Below are positions 1 through 9,223 of a stretch of 64,000 nucleotides of DNA, piece by piece (positions within the stretch are counted from its first letter, which is position 1; each line of letters begins with the position of its first letter). Below the pieces are notes generated by a model. The model saw nothing but the letters and a program-made list of their open reading frames with translations, was not told the origin of the DNA and did no database searches. Source of the stretch: Pseudomonadota bacterium (lineage in GTDB: Bacteria > Pseudomonadota > Alphaproteobacteria > Rhizobiales > Xanthobacteraceae); the NCBI GenBank assembly GCA_021811945.1, contig JAKAPE010000001.1, forward strand, positions 1,518 to 65,517. The letters are read 5' to 3'. Both the position numbers and the translations under genes were made by a program.

Positions 1-612
1 GCGGAGATGAACAGGATTTCTCCGCCTGAGACCGTGATGATCGACGATGTCGGCAACTGCCAAGTGTGGTCGGAACAGTATTGGAAGCCGCGGATCGCCG
101 GCAACCACATCACGGCCGGTGGCTTCGCCGCGATGGGCTTCGGCGTGGCCGGCGTCCTAGGTGCAAGGCTTGCCCGACCCAATTCGCCCTGCGTCACCCT
201 GTGCGGCGACGGCAACTTCATGATGATGCCGCACGCCGTCGCAACCGCCGCCGAATACAATCTTCCGGCGGTGTGGGTGCTGCAGAACAATTACGCCATC
301 GGCTGCATCCGGGACCTGCAGCGCGTCTATCACGACGGGCGCGAAATCGGCACGAGCTTCGTCAATGAACGCACTGGCGAGCTGTGGAATCCGGATTTTG
401 CCAAGATGGCCGAAGCCATGGGCGGGCGCGGCATCCGCGTCGAACACCCCGACCAATTCGGCGACGCTTATCGCGAAGCGATCCGCTCCGATGTTCCGAC
501 CCTTATCGACGTGATCATCAACCGAGACACGACCATGCCCGTCGTCGGCACCTGGCAGATGCCGCCCATCCCGGAGGTGCAACCCACCTTCGGCAAGCGC
601 AAGGTGCGCTGA
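1..612 (+). CDS. Thiamine-pyrophosphate-dependent enzyme (acetolactate synthase-like superfamily), C-terminal TPP-binding domain; 5' end outside the window
   Basis: Frame is open to the window edge. TPP signature GDG-x26-NN is present (CGDGNFMMMPHAVATAAEYNLPAVWVLQNN). Confidence 0.8.
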   Translation, partial: AEMNRISPPETVMIDDVGNCQVWSEQYWKPRIAGNHITAGGFAAMGFGVAGVLGARLARPNSPCVTLCGDGNFMMMPHAVATAAEYNLPAVWVLQNNYAIGCIRDLQRVYHDGREIGTSFVNERTGELWNPDFAKMAEAMGGRGIRVEHPDQFGDAYREAIRSDVPTLIDVIINRDTTMPVVGTWQMPPIPEVQPTFGKRKVR

Positions 613-680
613 GCGCGAGGAGAGGCCGCTCTGCTCCTTCAGCCTACCGCCCGCCGTCCGGCCGTTCAATTTGAAGAAGA

Positions 681-1340
681 TCAGGTGGTCACTTCGTCGC
701 GGAAATTCGCGGCGGCGGGGCTGGCCGCCAAAAGCCGAGGATAGAGCTTTTTGAAATCCGCGACGATGGCTTCGAACGGTACGTCCTCGAATGCCCCGCG
801 GTCCCGCAGATATTCCATGTGCCGGCGTCCGCTGCGGTCGAAGGGGTGAAACAGGCTGTCGTTCATGCCGTCGAAATCGAGCGGCCTGATCCCTGCGCGC
901 TCGCACAGCATCCTGTCGAAGGCGGGCGTGCACTTGACCCATCTGCCATCGACCTTGAACTCGGTGTACGAGTGCCAAAGAAAGATGTCGCCGACTGTCT
1001 CTTTCAGGCGCTTGGAGGTGAGATGGTTGCGCACGTCAGCATAGCCTGGACGCGCGGGGATGCCGGTGGCGCGCGCAGCGGCGGTGAGCAGCGCAGACTT
1101 GCCGACGCAAAAACCCCTGCCGGCACTCAGCACGCCGCTCGCCCGAAACATGGCCGGATCGAAAAAATCGATGTAGGGATCGTATTGGATCGAATCGCGC
1201 ACGGCGCCGTAAAGCGCGATCGCCTTATCCTTCGCGGTATGCTTGTCTGCGGCCGCCCTTTGCGCGAACGCCCGTACGGCCGGATGGTCGCAATCGACAA
1301 GGGCCGTGGCGTGGAGATAGTCCGTTTTGTCCATGCTCAT
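681..1340 (-). CDS. Transglutaminase-like (cysteine protease fold) family protein
   Basis: ORF 681..1508. The core GFCVGKSALLTAAARATGIPARPGYADVRNH resembles the transglutaminase-like Cys motif. Start is placed at ATG 1340 (MSMDKTDY) because longer starts overlap the next gene; ATG 1370 is also possible. Confidence 0.7.
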   Translation of the reverse strand: MSMDKTDYLHATALVDCDHPAVRAFAQRAAADKHTAKDKAIALYGAVRDSIQYDPYIDFFDPAMFRASGVLSAGRGFCVGKSALLTAAARATGIPARPGYADVRNHLTSKRLKETVGDIFLWHSYTEFKVDGRWVKCTPAFDRMLCERAGIRPLDFDGMNDSLFHPFDRSGRRHMEYLRDRGAFEDVPFEAIVADFKKLYPRLLAASPAAANFRDEVTT

Positions 1341-1441
1341 TTTCCATCCGTCCGTGCCGCCGCCCGGCATCCTCGATTTACCGTAGACTTCCGCCGATAT
1401 TTTCCAAATCGGCAATCGCTGTTGCCGCAATGCTGCAATGA

Positions 1442-2185
1442 CTAGACGTGCTGGCCGCCATTGATATGGATCTCTGCGCCGTTGACGTATGAGGCGGTGT
1501 CCGTGCACAGCACATAGATGATCTTTGCCACCTCGTCCGGCGTACCCAGGCGGTGCATGGGAATGTGCGCGACGATCATTTGCGTGCCGGGCGAGAGCAT
1601 GGCGGTGTCGATCTCGCCCGGTGCAATGGCGTTGACGCGTACGCCGAGCGCGCCGAAATCGGCCGCCATTTCGCGGGTGAGCGCGCCGAGCGCGGCCTTC
1701 GAAGTGGCGTAGGCGGCGCCGGCGAAGGGATGCACGCGCGAACCGGCGATCGAGGTGACGTTGACGACGGCCCCCTTGACGGCCCTGAGCTCATCGAGAA
1801 GTCCGCGTGCCAGCATGATCGGGGCGAAAAAATTCACCTGAAAGACGTGATGCCAATCTTCACGCGAGGTGTCGAGCGAGCCCAGCCGCTCGCCGCCTTC
1901 CGCCTTGGGCGAGATGGCGGCATTATTGACCAGAGCGTGCAGCTCGCCGTTGAGCCGCCGCTTGACTTCGGCAATCGCCGCCTCGGTGTTCTCGCTGTCG
2001 GCGAGATCGACCTGGATGTGGTCCTCGGGGCCTGCTTCCCACGGACAGTTCTCCGGAAACGGATGCCGGGAACAGGTGATGACACGCCAGCCGGCGGCGG
2101 AAAACCGCTTCACCGTCGCATGGCCTATACCGCGGCTCGCCCCGGTGAGAAGCAGCGTGCGTCGCGGTTGATTGCTCAATGGCAT
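1442..2185 (-). CDS. Short-chain dehydrogenase/reductase (SDR) family oxidoreductase
   Basis: TGASRGIG cofactor motif, NNAA, and the catalytic YATSK (YxxxK). Start is taken at ATG 2185 (MPLSNQ). Confidence 0.85.
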   Translation of the reverse strand: MPLSNQPRRTLLLTGASRGIGHATVKRFSAAGWRVITCSRHPFPENCPWEAGPEDHIQVDLADSENTEAAIAEVKRRLNGELHALVNNAAISPKAEGGERLGSLDTSREDWHHVFQVNFFAPIMLARGLLDELRAVKGAVVNVTSIAGSRVHPFAGAAYATSKAALGALTREMAADFGALGVRVNAIAPGEIDTAMLSPGTQMIVAHIPMHRLGTPDEVAKIIYVLCTDTASYVNGAEIHINGGQHV

Positions 2186-2297
2186 CTGCTGTTTCTTCTT
2201 TCTTTCAATCTTTCGACCCGTCATTGCCCGCGAAGCTAAGCAATGCGATTCTATGCTCGGAATTGCTATCTCGCTTCGCCCGCCTCATTGGCGCCGC

Positions 2298-2939
2298 CTA
2301 CGGGTAGAGCCGCGTCTTGCGCCAGAGGGCGGACGCATCGGACCGCGTAAAGACAATGCGGTCGTGCAGGCGGAATGGCCGCTCTTGCCAGAACTCGATC
2401 GCCACCGGTTTCACGCGGTAGCCAGACCAGTGCGGCGGCCGCGGCACTTCGCCGATACCGAATTTCGCCGCATAGCGCGCCACCGCCTTCTCGAAAGCCA
2501 TGCGACTTTCCATCGGTGCGGATTGCTTGGAAGCCCAGGCGCCGATCTGCGCCATGCGCGGGCGGGTCGCGAAGTAAGCGTCGGCTTCCGTGGCCACGAC
2601 CGGCTCGACACTGCCGCGCAGCCGCACCTGACGCTGCAAAGATTTCCAGTAGAAGGTCAGCGCCGCCTTTGCCGCCCCTGCCAATTCGCGCGCCTTCACA
2701 CTGTCGAGGTTGGTGTAGAACACGAACCCGTGCTCATCGAAACCCTTGAGCAGCACCATCCGCGCATTGGGAAGGCCATCGGCATCAACGGTCGACAGCG
2801 TCATCGCTTCGGGATTGACCGGCTCGGACCGCTTGGCCTCGGCGAACCAGGCCGCGAACAGGCGCAGCGGCTCGTCGACGGCAAAGAAGTCACCGGGCGT
2901 TAACCCTGTCGGGTGTTCTATGGCGGTTGCGTCGGACAT
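2298..2939 (-). CDS. pdxH: Pyridoxamine 5'-phosphate oxidase
   Basis: 213 aa. Characteristic PdxH blocks: [52 protein letters not shown], and [14 protein letters not shown] near the C-terminus. Confidence 0.93.
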   Translation of the reverse strand: MSDATAIEHPTGLTPGDFFAVDEPLRLFAAWFAEAKRSEPVNPEAMTLSTVDADGLPNARMVLLKGFDEHGFVFYTNLDSVKARELAGAAKAALTFYWKSLQRQVRLRGSVEPVVATEADAYFATRPRMAQIGAWASKQSAPMESRMAFEKAVARYAAKFGIGEVPRPPHWSGYRVKPVAIEFWQERPFRLHDRIVFTRSDASALWRKTRLYP

Positions 2940-3476
2940 TATCGGAGTACTCAGGTGTTCGGGTGGGGCGACCGGAAAGCGCGCCGCCGGTCTCTATATA
3001 GTGGAACCGGGGCTGCACGCCTATCGCGGCCGCTTGCCCCTGTCGTCGCGGTACTTTCCGCCTTGCTTTGCACCCTTCCTGCCGCCGGCTGCTCCTACCG
3101 GCTCAACTCGCTGTTGCCGAAGGACGGCGGGGACGTGGAACAGACCGGCTCCGTTCCCCGGCCGGCGAATGGTGCCACGAACGTCGCGGAGACCGCCCCG
3201 TCGGAAGTTGACCTCGCCTATGCGCGTGCCGTCGCGGCCGAAGTCCTCGCGCATGGCGGCAAAGACGCGAGCATACCATGGCAGAACCCACACACCGGCG
3301 CCGGCGGCAACATCACGCCGCTCGCAACTGCCTATAGCGAAGGCGGCTTCACTTGCAGAGAGTTTCTGGCGAGCTACGTGCACGGTCAAGCGCAAGCCTG
3401 GCTCACCGGCGAAGCGTGCCGCGCCGGCCATGGCAAGTGGGAGGTAAAGAGCCTTCAACCCTTCAAGAACAGCTGA
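2913..3476 (+). CDS. Surface-antigen-like lipoprotein (RT0821/Lpp0805-like)
   Basis: Signal peptide with lipobox ([10 protein letters not shown]). The C-terminal FTCREF...GEACR block recalls small 17-kDa surface-antigen-type proteins. Start is uncertain: GTG 2913 or GTG 2955. Confidence 0.55.
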   Translation: MFYGGCVGHYRSTQVFGWGDRKARRRSLYSGTGAARLSRPLAPVVAVLSALLCTLPAAGCSYRLNSLLPKDGGDVEQTGSVPRPANGATNVAETAPSEVDLAYARAVAAEVLAHGGKDASIPWQNPHTGAGGNITPLATAYSEGGFTCREFLASYVHGQAQAWLTGEACRAGHGKWEVKSLQPFKNS

Positions 3477-3599
3477 TCGGTTTTGGTCAATGGCCCCACC
3501 GGATGCCGTCGAGTTGCGGGCAAGCCGATGAAGTCCCACATTTATCGGGTGGGCGGCGGGGCTTGCCCAAAAGCAGGCTGAAAGCGGAGTCTCCGGGGG

Positions 3600-4598
3600 A
3601 TGCGCGATCCCTACCAAGTGCTGGGCGTCGATCGCAAAGCGAGTGCAGCCGACATCAAGAGCGCCTTTCGGCGCCTGGCGAAAAAGCTGCATCCCGACGC
3701 CAACAAGAACGACCCCAAGGCCGCCGCGCGCTTTGCCGAACTCAACGCCGCTTACGAAATTCTCGGCGAAGAGGACAAGCGCAAAGCCTTCGACCGCGGA
3801 GAAATCGATGCCGAAGGCAAACCGAGATTCCACGGCTTTGAGGGGTTTGGAGCCGGCCCACGGCCGGGCGGAGGTTTCGACCCTAATGCGGAATTTGAGA
3901 CCTTCAGCTTCGGCCCGGAGGGCTTCACCCGTGCCACCCGACGAGGCCGCAGCGGCGGCGCAGGTTTCGGCGGCTTTGAGGACATTCTCCGCGAAGCTTT
4001 CGGCGGCATGGGAGGAGCAGCCGGTACGCGAGCACGTCATGGCGGGTTCGCGCCCGGGTTCGAAGGCGAAGATTTCGGCGCCGGTCGCGATGTGCGGGCA
4101 GCACTGACGGTAACCCTGCCGGAAGCTGCGCACGGCGCCGCCAAACGGGTGCGATTGCCGGCCGGCAAGGAAGTGGACGTGAAGATTCCCGCCGGCGTAA
4201 CCGACGGCCAAACGGTCCGGCTGCGGGGTCAAGGCATGGCCGGACCCAGCGGTGCCGGCGACGTGCTGATCGCCGTCACAATCGCCCCGCACCCGATCTT
4301 CACCCTTGAGGGAGCGGATGTGCGGCTCGATCTACCCGTTACTCTCTACGAGGCTGCGCTTGGCGCCAAGGTACGCGTGCCGACTCTCGACCGGCCGGTC
4401 GAAATCATGATCCCGCCGTGGACCAGCGGCGGCCTTACGTTCCGCCTCAAGGGCAAGGGTTTCCCCGCCAAAGGCCGCCCCGGCGACCTTCTCGTCACCG
4501 TGCGCATCACGCTGCCCGAGCGCGGCGACGGCGAGTTGAAAGCGCTGATGGAGAAATGGCAGGCGGAAAGGCCCTACGATCCGCGCAAGGACATGTGA
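3600..4598 (+). CDS. J-domain co-chaperone without zinc finger (CbpA/DnaJ-like)
   Basis: N-terminal J domain (DPYQVLGV...LAKKLHPDANK with HPD), a Gly/Phe-rich linker, and DnaJ C-terminal beta domains. There is no CxxCxGxG zinc-finger repeat. Confidence 0.85.
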   Translation: MRDPYQVLGVDRKASAADIKSAFRRLAKKLHPDANKNDPKAAARFAELNAAYEILGEEDKRKAFDRGEIDAEGKPRFHGFEGFGAGPRPGGGFDPNAEFETFSFGPEGFTRATRRGRSGGAGFGGFEDILREAFGGMGGAAGTRARHGGFAPGFEGEDFGAGRDVRAALTVTLPEAAHGAAKRVRLPAGKEVDVKIPAGVTDGQTVRLRGQGMAGPSGAGDVLIAVTIAPHPIFTLEGADVRLDLPVTLYEAALGAKVRVPTLDRPVEIMIPPWTSGGLTFRLKGKGFPAKGRPGDLLVTVRITLPERGDGELKALMEKWQAERPYDPRKDM

Positions 4599-4698
4599 CC
4601 CCTCCGGTTCCAGTTTGGTGCTCGTGCTTGATGGCTCCCTCGGCCCTATGCCATAGGAGATTTTGCGGCCTGGAAGTCGTCGAGCGGGGATCGGAGAA

Positions 4699-5532
4699 AT
4701 GTCAGGAATCTCGGGCCTCATGGGCGGCAAACGCGGGCTGATCATGGGGGTCGCCAACAATCGTTCGCTCGCCTGGGGCATCGCCAAAGCATGCCGTGCG
4801 CATGGCGCCGAACTGGCCTTCACCTATCAGGGCGAGGCGCTGAAAAAGCGCGTCGAGCCGCTGGCGCAGGAAGTGAGCGGCATCGTGGTCGGCGACTGCG
4901 ACGTCACCGTGCCGCAGACGATCGATGCCGTGTTCGCCGCCCTGCGCTCCGGCTGGAAGACGATCGATTTCGTCGTGCATGCGATCGCGTTCTCCGACCG
5001 CGATCAGCTCGACGGCCGGTACATCGACACCACCCAGGACAATTTCACCAAGACGATGCTGGTGAGCTGCTATTCGTTCACCTCGATCGCTCGGTGCGCG
5101 GAAAAGCTGATGCCGAACGGCGGCGCCATGCTCACGCTCACCTATTACGGCGCGGAGAAATGGATGCCGCATTACAACGTGATGGGGGTCGCCAAGGCAG
5201 CACTAGAAGCCTCGGTGCGCTATCTCGCCGCCGATCTCGGCGCCAACAACATCCGCGTCAATGCCATCTCTTCGGGACCGATCAAGACGCTTGCCGCTTC
5301 GGGCATCGGCGATTTTCGCTATATCCTGCGCTGGAACGAGTACAACGCACCGTTGCGGCGCAGCGTCACCATCGACGAGGTGGGCGAAGCCGGAGCCTAT
5401 CTTCTTTCCGACATGTCGCGCGGTGTAACCGGCGAAGTGCATCACGTCGATGCGGGTTATCACATCGTCGGCATGAAACACCCGGATGCGCCGGACATCG
5501 TCGTTGCCAAGAACGGCGAAGCCAAGGAATAA
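4699..5532 (+). CDS. fabI: Enoyl-[acyl-carrier-protein] reductase (NADH)
   Basis: GKRGLIMGVANNRSLAWGIAK N-terminus plus Y-x6-K catalytic region (YNVMGVAKAALE). ATG 4699 is preceded by GGAGAA. Confidence 0.92.
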   Translation: MSGISGLMGGKRGLIMGVANNRSLAWGIAKACRAHGAELAFTYQGEALKKRVEPLAQEVSGIVVGDCDVTVPQTIDAVFAALRSGWKTIDFVVHAIAFSDRDQLDGRYIDTTQDNFTKTMLVSCYSFTSIARCAEKLMPNGGAMLTLTYYGAEKWMPHYNVMGVAKAALEASVRYLAADLGANNIRVNAISSGPIKTLAASGIGDFRYILRWNEYNAPLRRSVTIDEVGEAGAYLLSDMSRGVTGEVHHVDAGYHIVGMKHPDAPDIVVAKNGEAKE

Positions 5533-5620
5533 GCAATCGCGTCATTGCGACTTCTGCACCGGCCTGACGGGCCGAATTGGTCAGCTCTTGGGCTTGCAAT
5601 GACTCCCCCGCAGGCGCGCC

Positions 5621-5658
5621 AAAAACAGCAGCGGCCGGAATTTTGTCCGGCCGCTGTC
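5621..5658 (-). terminator. Stem-loop GCGGCCGGA-loop-TCCGGCCGC followed, on the minus strand, by a T-run (CTGTTTTT)
   Basis: Perfect 9-11 bp GC stem at 5629-5656. The A5 run at 5621-5625 on the plus strand reads as a U-tail on the minus strand. It lies between convergent fabI and the mini-ORF 5728..5778. Confidence 0.5.
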
Positions 5659-5727
5659 GCGAAACACCGTTTAGACGCCTCGCGAAACTGACAGCGCGGC
5701 CCCGCTACGAGGCTCGCGCAGGCGTCA

Positions 5728-5778
5728 TTACTTCTTCGGCATCTTCTTCTTCTTGCTTTTCTTCTTGGTAGCAGCCAT
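5728..5778 (-). CDS. Candidate 16-aa highly basic micro-protein (MAATKKKSKKKKMPKK)
   Basis: ATG is preceded by AGGAACAAAGCC, and a TAA stop is followed about 70 nt downstream by the intrinsic terminator at 5621-5658. It is too short for the ORF track; coding status is unproven. Confidence 0.3.
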   Translation of the reverse strand: MAATKKKSKKKKMPKK

Positions 5779-6160
5779 GGCTTTGTTCCTTCTGATGTAA
5801 CGGCAGGGTTGAGTTCAAGCTTTCCGGGCGTCGTCTCGATCCCTTTGCTTTCGCCCCCTGACCACCAAAGATGATGACACAAGGCGATTTGCTCCGCAAC
5901 CCAAAAATCGAAAATAGTCTTTATTTTTCCGTAGCTTAACGAATATTCAGATTGTCATTAATCATCGTTCAGCGAGATGAACACGACGTGAATAGAAGAT
6001 GGCGCTGGTGCCGGCGATGGTGTGGATTTTTGCCTGCAGAAATAGCCTCGGCGGACGCGCCGCGGACGCGCATGGGGTGCATTATTTGACGGGCTCGGCA
6101 ACGCGGGCTACCAAGCCGGACGGGCCTTTGCCGTCATGTTTTCAGCGTCGTTCTGCGCTT

Positions 6161-7285
6161 ATGTCGTTCAACACATTCGGGCATTCGTTCCGGGTCACGA
6201 CCTTCGGCGAAAGCCATGGGCTGGCGATTGGTTGTGTTGTCGACGGTTGCCCGCCGCGCATTGCACTCACCATTGACGACATCCAACCCTATCTCGACCG
6301 GCGCCGGCCCGGCCAATCGCGCTTCACCACCCAGCGCCAAGAGCCGGACGTGGTCAAAATCCTTTCCGGGGTGTTTCTGGACGAGAGAATCGGCAAGCAA
6401 GTGACCACCGGTACGCCGATCGCGCTGCTCATCGATAATGTCGATCAGCGCAGCAAGGACTATTCCGACATCAAAGACAAATACCGCCCCGGCCACGCCG
6501 ACTACGCTTATGACGCAAAATACGGCCTGCGCGACTACCGCGGCGGCGGCCGGCAGTCCGCGCGCGAGACGGCGACGCGGGTCGCCGCCGGTGCCGTCGC
6601 GCGCAAAGTCGTGCCCGGTCTCGTGGTGCGCGGCGCCCTGGTGCAGATGGGCCCGCACCGAATCGATCGCGCGCGCTGGGATTGGGCCGAGGTCGGTAAA
6701 AACCCCTTCTTCTGTCCCGATGCCGAGAAGGCGGCCTTCTTCGCCGACTATCTCGACGGCGTGCGCAAGCGTGGATCTTCCGTCGGCGCGGTCATTGAAA
6801 TCATCGCCGAAGGCGTGCCGGCAGGTCTGGGTGCGCCAATTTATGGGAAGCTCGATGGCGATCTTGCCGCGGCGCTGATGAGCATCAACGCCGTCAAAGG
6901 CGTCGAAATCGGCGCCGGCTTTGCCGCCGCGACGCTTTCCGGCGAAGAGAATGCCGACGAGATGCGCATGGGCAATGACGGCAAGCCGGTCTTCCTCTCC
7001 AACAATGCCGGCGGCGTCCTCGGCGGCATTTCCACCGGTCAGTCTGTGGTGGCGCGTTTTGCCGTCAAACCCACTTCTTCCATACTTATTCCGCGGCGCA
7101 CCGTCGATCGCTACGGCCGCAACACCGAGATCTCGACCAGCGGCCGCCACGACCCGTGCGTCGGCATCCGTGCGGTGCCGGTCGGCGAGGCCATGATGGC
7201 GTGCGTCATTGCCGATCACTATCTGCGCCAGCGCGGCCAAGTCGGCCCGCCGCCGCCCTGGCCATCTCCGCCGCCGACAGGCTGA
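6161..7285 (+). CDS. aroC: Chorismate synthase
   Basis: Start [20 protein letters not shown] (ATG 6161). Conserved blocks GRSSARETA-like ([13 protein letters not shown]) and KPTSSI. The upstream 54 codons of the track ORF are judged non-coding. Confidence 0.95.
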   Translation: MSFNTFGHSFRVTTFGESHGLAIGCVVDGCPPRIALTIDDIQPYLDRRRPGQSRFTTQRQEPDVVKILSGVFLDERIGKQVTTGTPIALLIDNVDQRSKDYSDIKDKYRPGHADYAYDAKYGLRDYRGGGRQSARETATRVAAGAVARKVVPGLVVRGALVQMGPHRIDRARWDWAEVGKNPFFCPDAEKAAFFADYLDGVRKRGSSVGAVIEIIAEGVPAGLGAPIYGKLDGDLAAALMSINAVKGVEIGAGFAAATLSGEENADEMRMGNDGKPVFLSNNAGGVLGGISTGQSVVARFAVKPTSSILIPRRTVDRYGRNTEISTSGRHDPCVGIRAVPVGEAMMACVIADHYLRQRGQVGPPPPWPSPPPTG

Positions 7286-7299
7286 GGACGCAGAAAAAT

Positions 7300-8391
7300 A
7301 TGGACGACACCCACCAACGCATCCGCGCCGCCGTCGCCGCCTTCGCCCGCGGCGAAATGCTCATCGTTGCCGATGACGACGACCGCGAAAACGAGGGTGA
7401 CCTGTTCGTCGCCGCGGCGCTGTGCACACCGGAGAAGATGGCATTCATCATCCGCAACACCTCGGGCATCGTCTGCGCGCCGCTGGCGCCGGAGGAGGCG
7501 CGGCGCCTGCACCTCGAGCCGATGGTCGCACGCAACGATGCGCCGCTCGGCACCGCTTTCACCGTCTCTGTGGACGTCCGCCACGGCTTGACCACCGGCA
7601 TTTCCGCCGAGGAACGCACCAACACCGTGCGGGCCCTCGCCAACGGCAATATGGGGCCGCGCGATTTCGTAAGACCCGGCCACGTGTTTCCCCTGGTGGC
7701 CAAGGAGGGCGGCGTGCTCATGCGGTCGGGCCATACCGAAGCCTGTGTCGACCTCTGCCGGCTCGCCGGCCTGCCGCTGGTCGGCGTGCTCGCGGAGTTG
7801 ATGAACGACGACGGCACGATGATGCGCGGCCCCGATCTCGCCGCCTTCGCCGAGCGCCACAAGCTCCAGCGCATCTTCATCGCCGAACTGATCGCCTATC
7901 GCCAGGCCCGCGAAAAGCTGATCGCGCGCGTCGGCGAATTCCCGGTCGAGTCCGAGATCGGCACGCTGACTGGTTACGCCTTTCTCACGCCGTTCGATCC
8001 AGTCCATCACATGGCCTTCATCTACGGCCGCGTCGGCGACGGCAACAAGGTGCTGACGCGGCTACATCGCGCCAATCTCATCGCCGACTTGTTCGGGGGG
8101 GCGAAGGCGATCCACAGCACGCTCGCCTGTTTCAAGGCCGAAGGCCGCGGCGTGTTGGTTGTGTTGCGCGACGGCGCCGCCGGCGTGCCGGTGGTCGCCA
8201 TTCCCAAATCGAACGAGACCTCGTCCGGCGAGGCGCGCAGCCGGCAATGGCGCGAGGTCGGTCTCGGCGCACAGATCCTCAAGGATCTCGGCGTCACTTC
8301 GATCCGGCTGTTGACCTCCTCGCGCATGACCTATGTCGGCCTGTCCGGCTTCGGCATCGAGATCGTGGGAACGGAGCCGGTCGAAGCGTAA
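7300..8391 (+). CDS. ribB: 3,4-dihydroxy-2-butanone-4-phosphate synthase with a degenerate GTP-cyclohydrolase-II-like C-terminal domain
   Basis: N-terminal RENEGDL...SGIVC...GHTEA DHBP synthase motifs. The C-terminal half aligns to the GCH II fold but lacks the Cys triad (LTRLHRANLIADLFGG where CLTGD..RCDC is expected). ATG at 7300. Confidence 0.85.
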   Translation: MDDTHQRIRAAVAAFARGEMLIVADDDDRENEGDLFVAAALCTPEKMAFIIRNTSGIVCAPLAPEEARRLHLEPMVARNDAPLGTAFTVSVDVRHGLTTGISAEERTNTVRALANGNMGPRDFVRPGHVFPLVAKEGGVLMRSGHTEACVDLCRLAGLPLVGVLAELMNDDGTMMRGPDLAAFAERHKLQRIFIAELIAYRQAREKLIARVGEFPVESEIGTLTGYAFLTPFDPVHHMAFIYGRVGDGNKVLTRLHRANLIADLFGGAKAIHSTLACFKAEGRGVLVVLRDGAAGVPVVAIPKSNETSSGEARSRQWREVGLGAQILKDLGVTSIRLLTSSRMTYVGLSGFGIEIVGTEPVEA

Positions 8392-8435
8392 CTCTGCCGT
8401 GCGCGACAAGCGCACCGAAACATTCGAGGGGCAGC

Positions 8436-9035
8436 ATGAACCGGATCGTCTCCCGCCTTCGCCTTGCCGTGGTGCTCGTCGGCATCGGCTTTGCCTTGTC
8501 GGCCTGCGGCTACAACACCATTCCGACGCTGCAGGAGCAGGCCAAAGCGCGTTGGGCGGACGTCGAGAACCAGTATCAGCGTCGCGCCGATCTCATCCCC
8601 AACCTAGTCGCGACGGTCAAAGGCTATGCGGCGCAGGAAAAATCCGTCCTTACTGCCGTCGTGGAGGCGCGCGCCAAGGCAACACAGGTCAAGGTCGACG
8701 TCTCCCAGCTCACCGATCCGCAAAAGCTCAAAGCTTTCCAGCAGGCGCAGAATGAGCTCACCGGCGCGCTCGGCCGGCTGTTGGCGGTCACCGAGAACTA
8801 CCCCGACCTGAAGTCCAACGCCAATTTCTTGGCGCTGCAGTCGCAGCTCGAAGGCACCGAGAACCGTATTGCGGTGGCGCGGCGCGACTACATCGACGCG
8901 GTGCGCGCCTATAACACGGCGTTGCGCACATTCCCGACCGTTTTGTGGGCGAAAACGGCATTTGCCGGTGACAAGCCGATGGCCGAATTCACGGCTACCG
9001 CCGGCGCGGAAAAGCCGCCGCAGGTGAAGTTCTGA
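8436..9035 (+). CDS. lemA: LemA family protein
   Basis: Signal/lipobox (FALSACGYN), then QEQAKARWADVENQYQRRADLIPNLV and NYPDLKSN...QLEGTENRI, typical of LemA. Confidence 0.9.
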   Translation: MNRIVSRLRLAVVLVGIGFALSACGYNTIPTLQEQAKARWADVENQYQRRADLIPNLVATVKGYAAQEKSVLTAVVEARAKATQVKVDVSQLTDPQKLKAFQQAQNELTGALGRLLAVTENYPDLKSNANFLALQSQLEGTENRIAVARRDYIDAVRAYNTALRTFPTVLWAKTAFAGDKPMAEFTATAGAEKPPQVKF

Positions 9036-9046
9036 TGAACGACTTT

Positions 9047-9223
9047 CGTCATTCCGGGCCGCGGCGCAGCGGCGGGCCCGGAATCCATAACCACACGTCC
9101 AACGGCGCAGGCACCGCCGGCGCATACTTGCGTCGTTCGTGGTTACGGATTCCGGGCTCGCGCGGGGCCTGTCATCGGGCCGGCCATTTCGGGCCGGGCC
9201 CGTTGGCGCGCCCCGGAATGACG
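9047..9223. repeat. About 177-bp nested palindromic intergenic element (REP/MITE-like) with termini CGTCATTCCGGG ... CCCCGGAATGACG
   Basis: Terminal inverted repeats at 9047-9058 and 9211-9223. Internal inverted pair GGAATCCATAACCAC / GTGGTTACGGATTCC. The first arm is itself a hairpin (CCGGGCCGC..GCGGGCCCGG). Confidence 0.55.

Noticed and set aside
5999-6160. Upstream 54 codons of the aroC track ORF. Similar 5' extensions occur on ribB (7156), fabI (4663), the SNF2 gene (42902), the E1 gene (25128), MBL copy 1 (23307), the methylase-helicase (52475) and the toprim ORF (56377).
   Set aside because: The extensions overlap neighbouring genes or have junk composition. Internal ATGs coincide with conserved family N-termini, RBS-like sequences or ATGA/TGATG coupling.
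7900-8391. Loss of the Cys triad in the GTP-cyclohydrolase-II-like half of RibB as a possible novelty.
   Set aside because: RibB(A)-like proteins with a degenerate cyclohydrolase domain are already known in alphaproteobacteria. It is noted in the feature evidence but is not considered unusual.
9035-9217. N-terminal extension of the TPM ORF (MNDFRHSGPRRSGGPGIHNH...).
   Set aside because: This stretch is a translation of the palindromic REP/MITE-like element. The signal peptide starts at ATG 9218.
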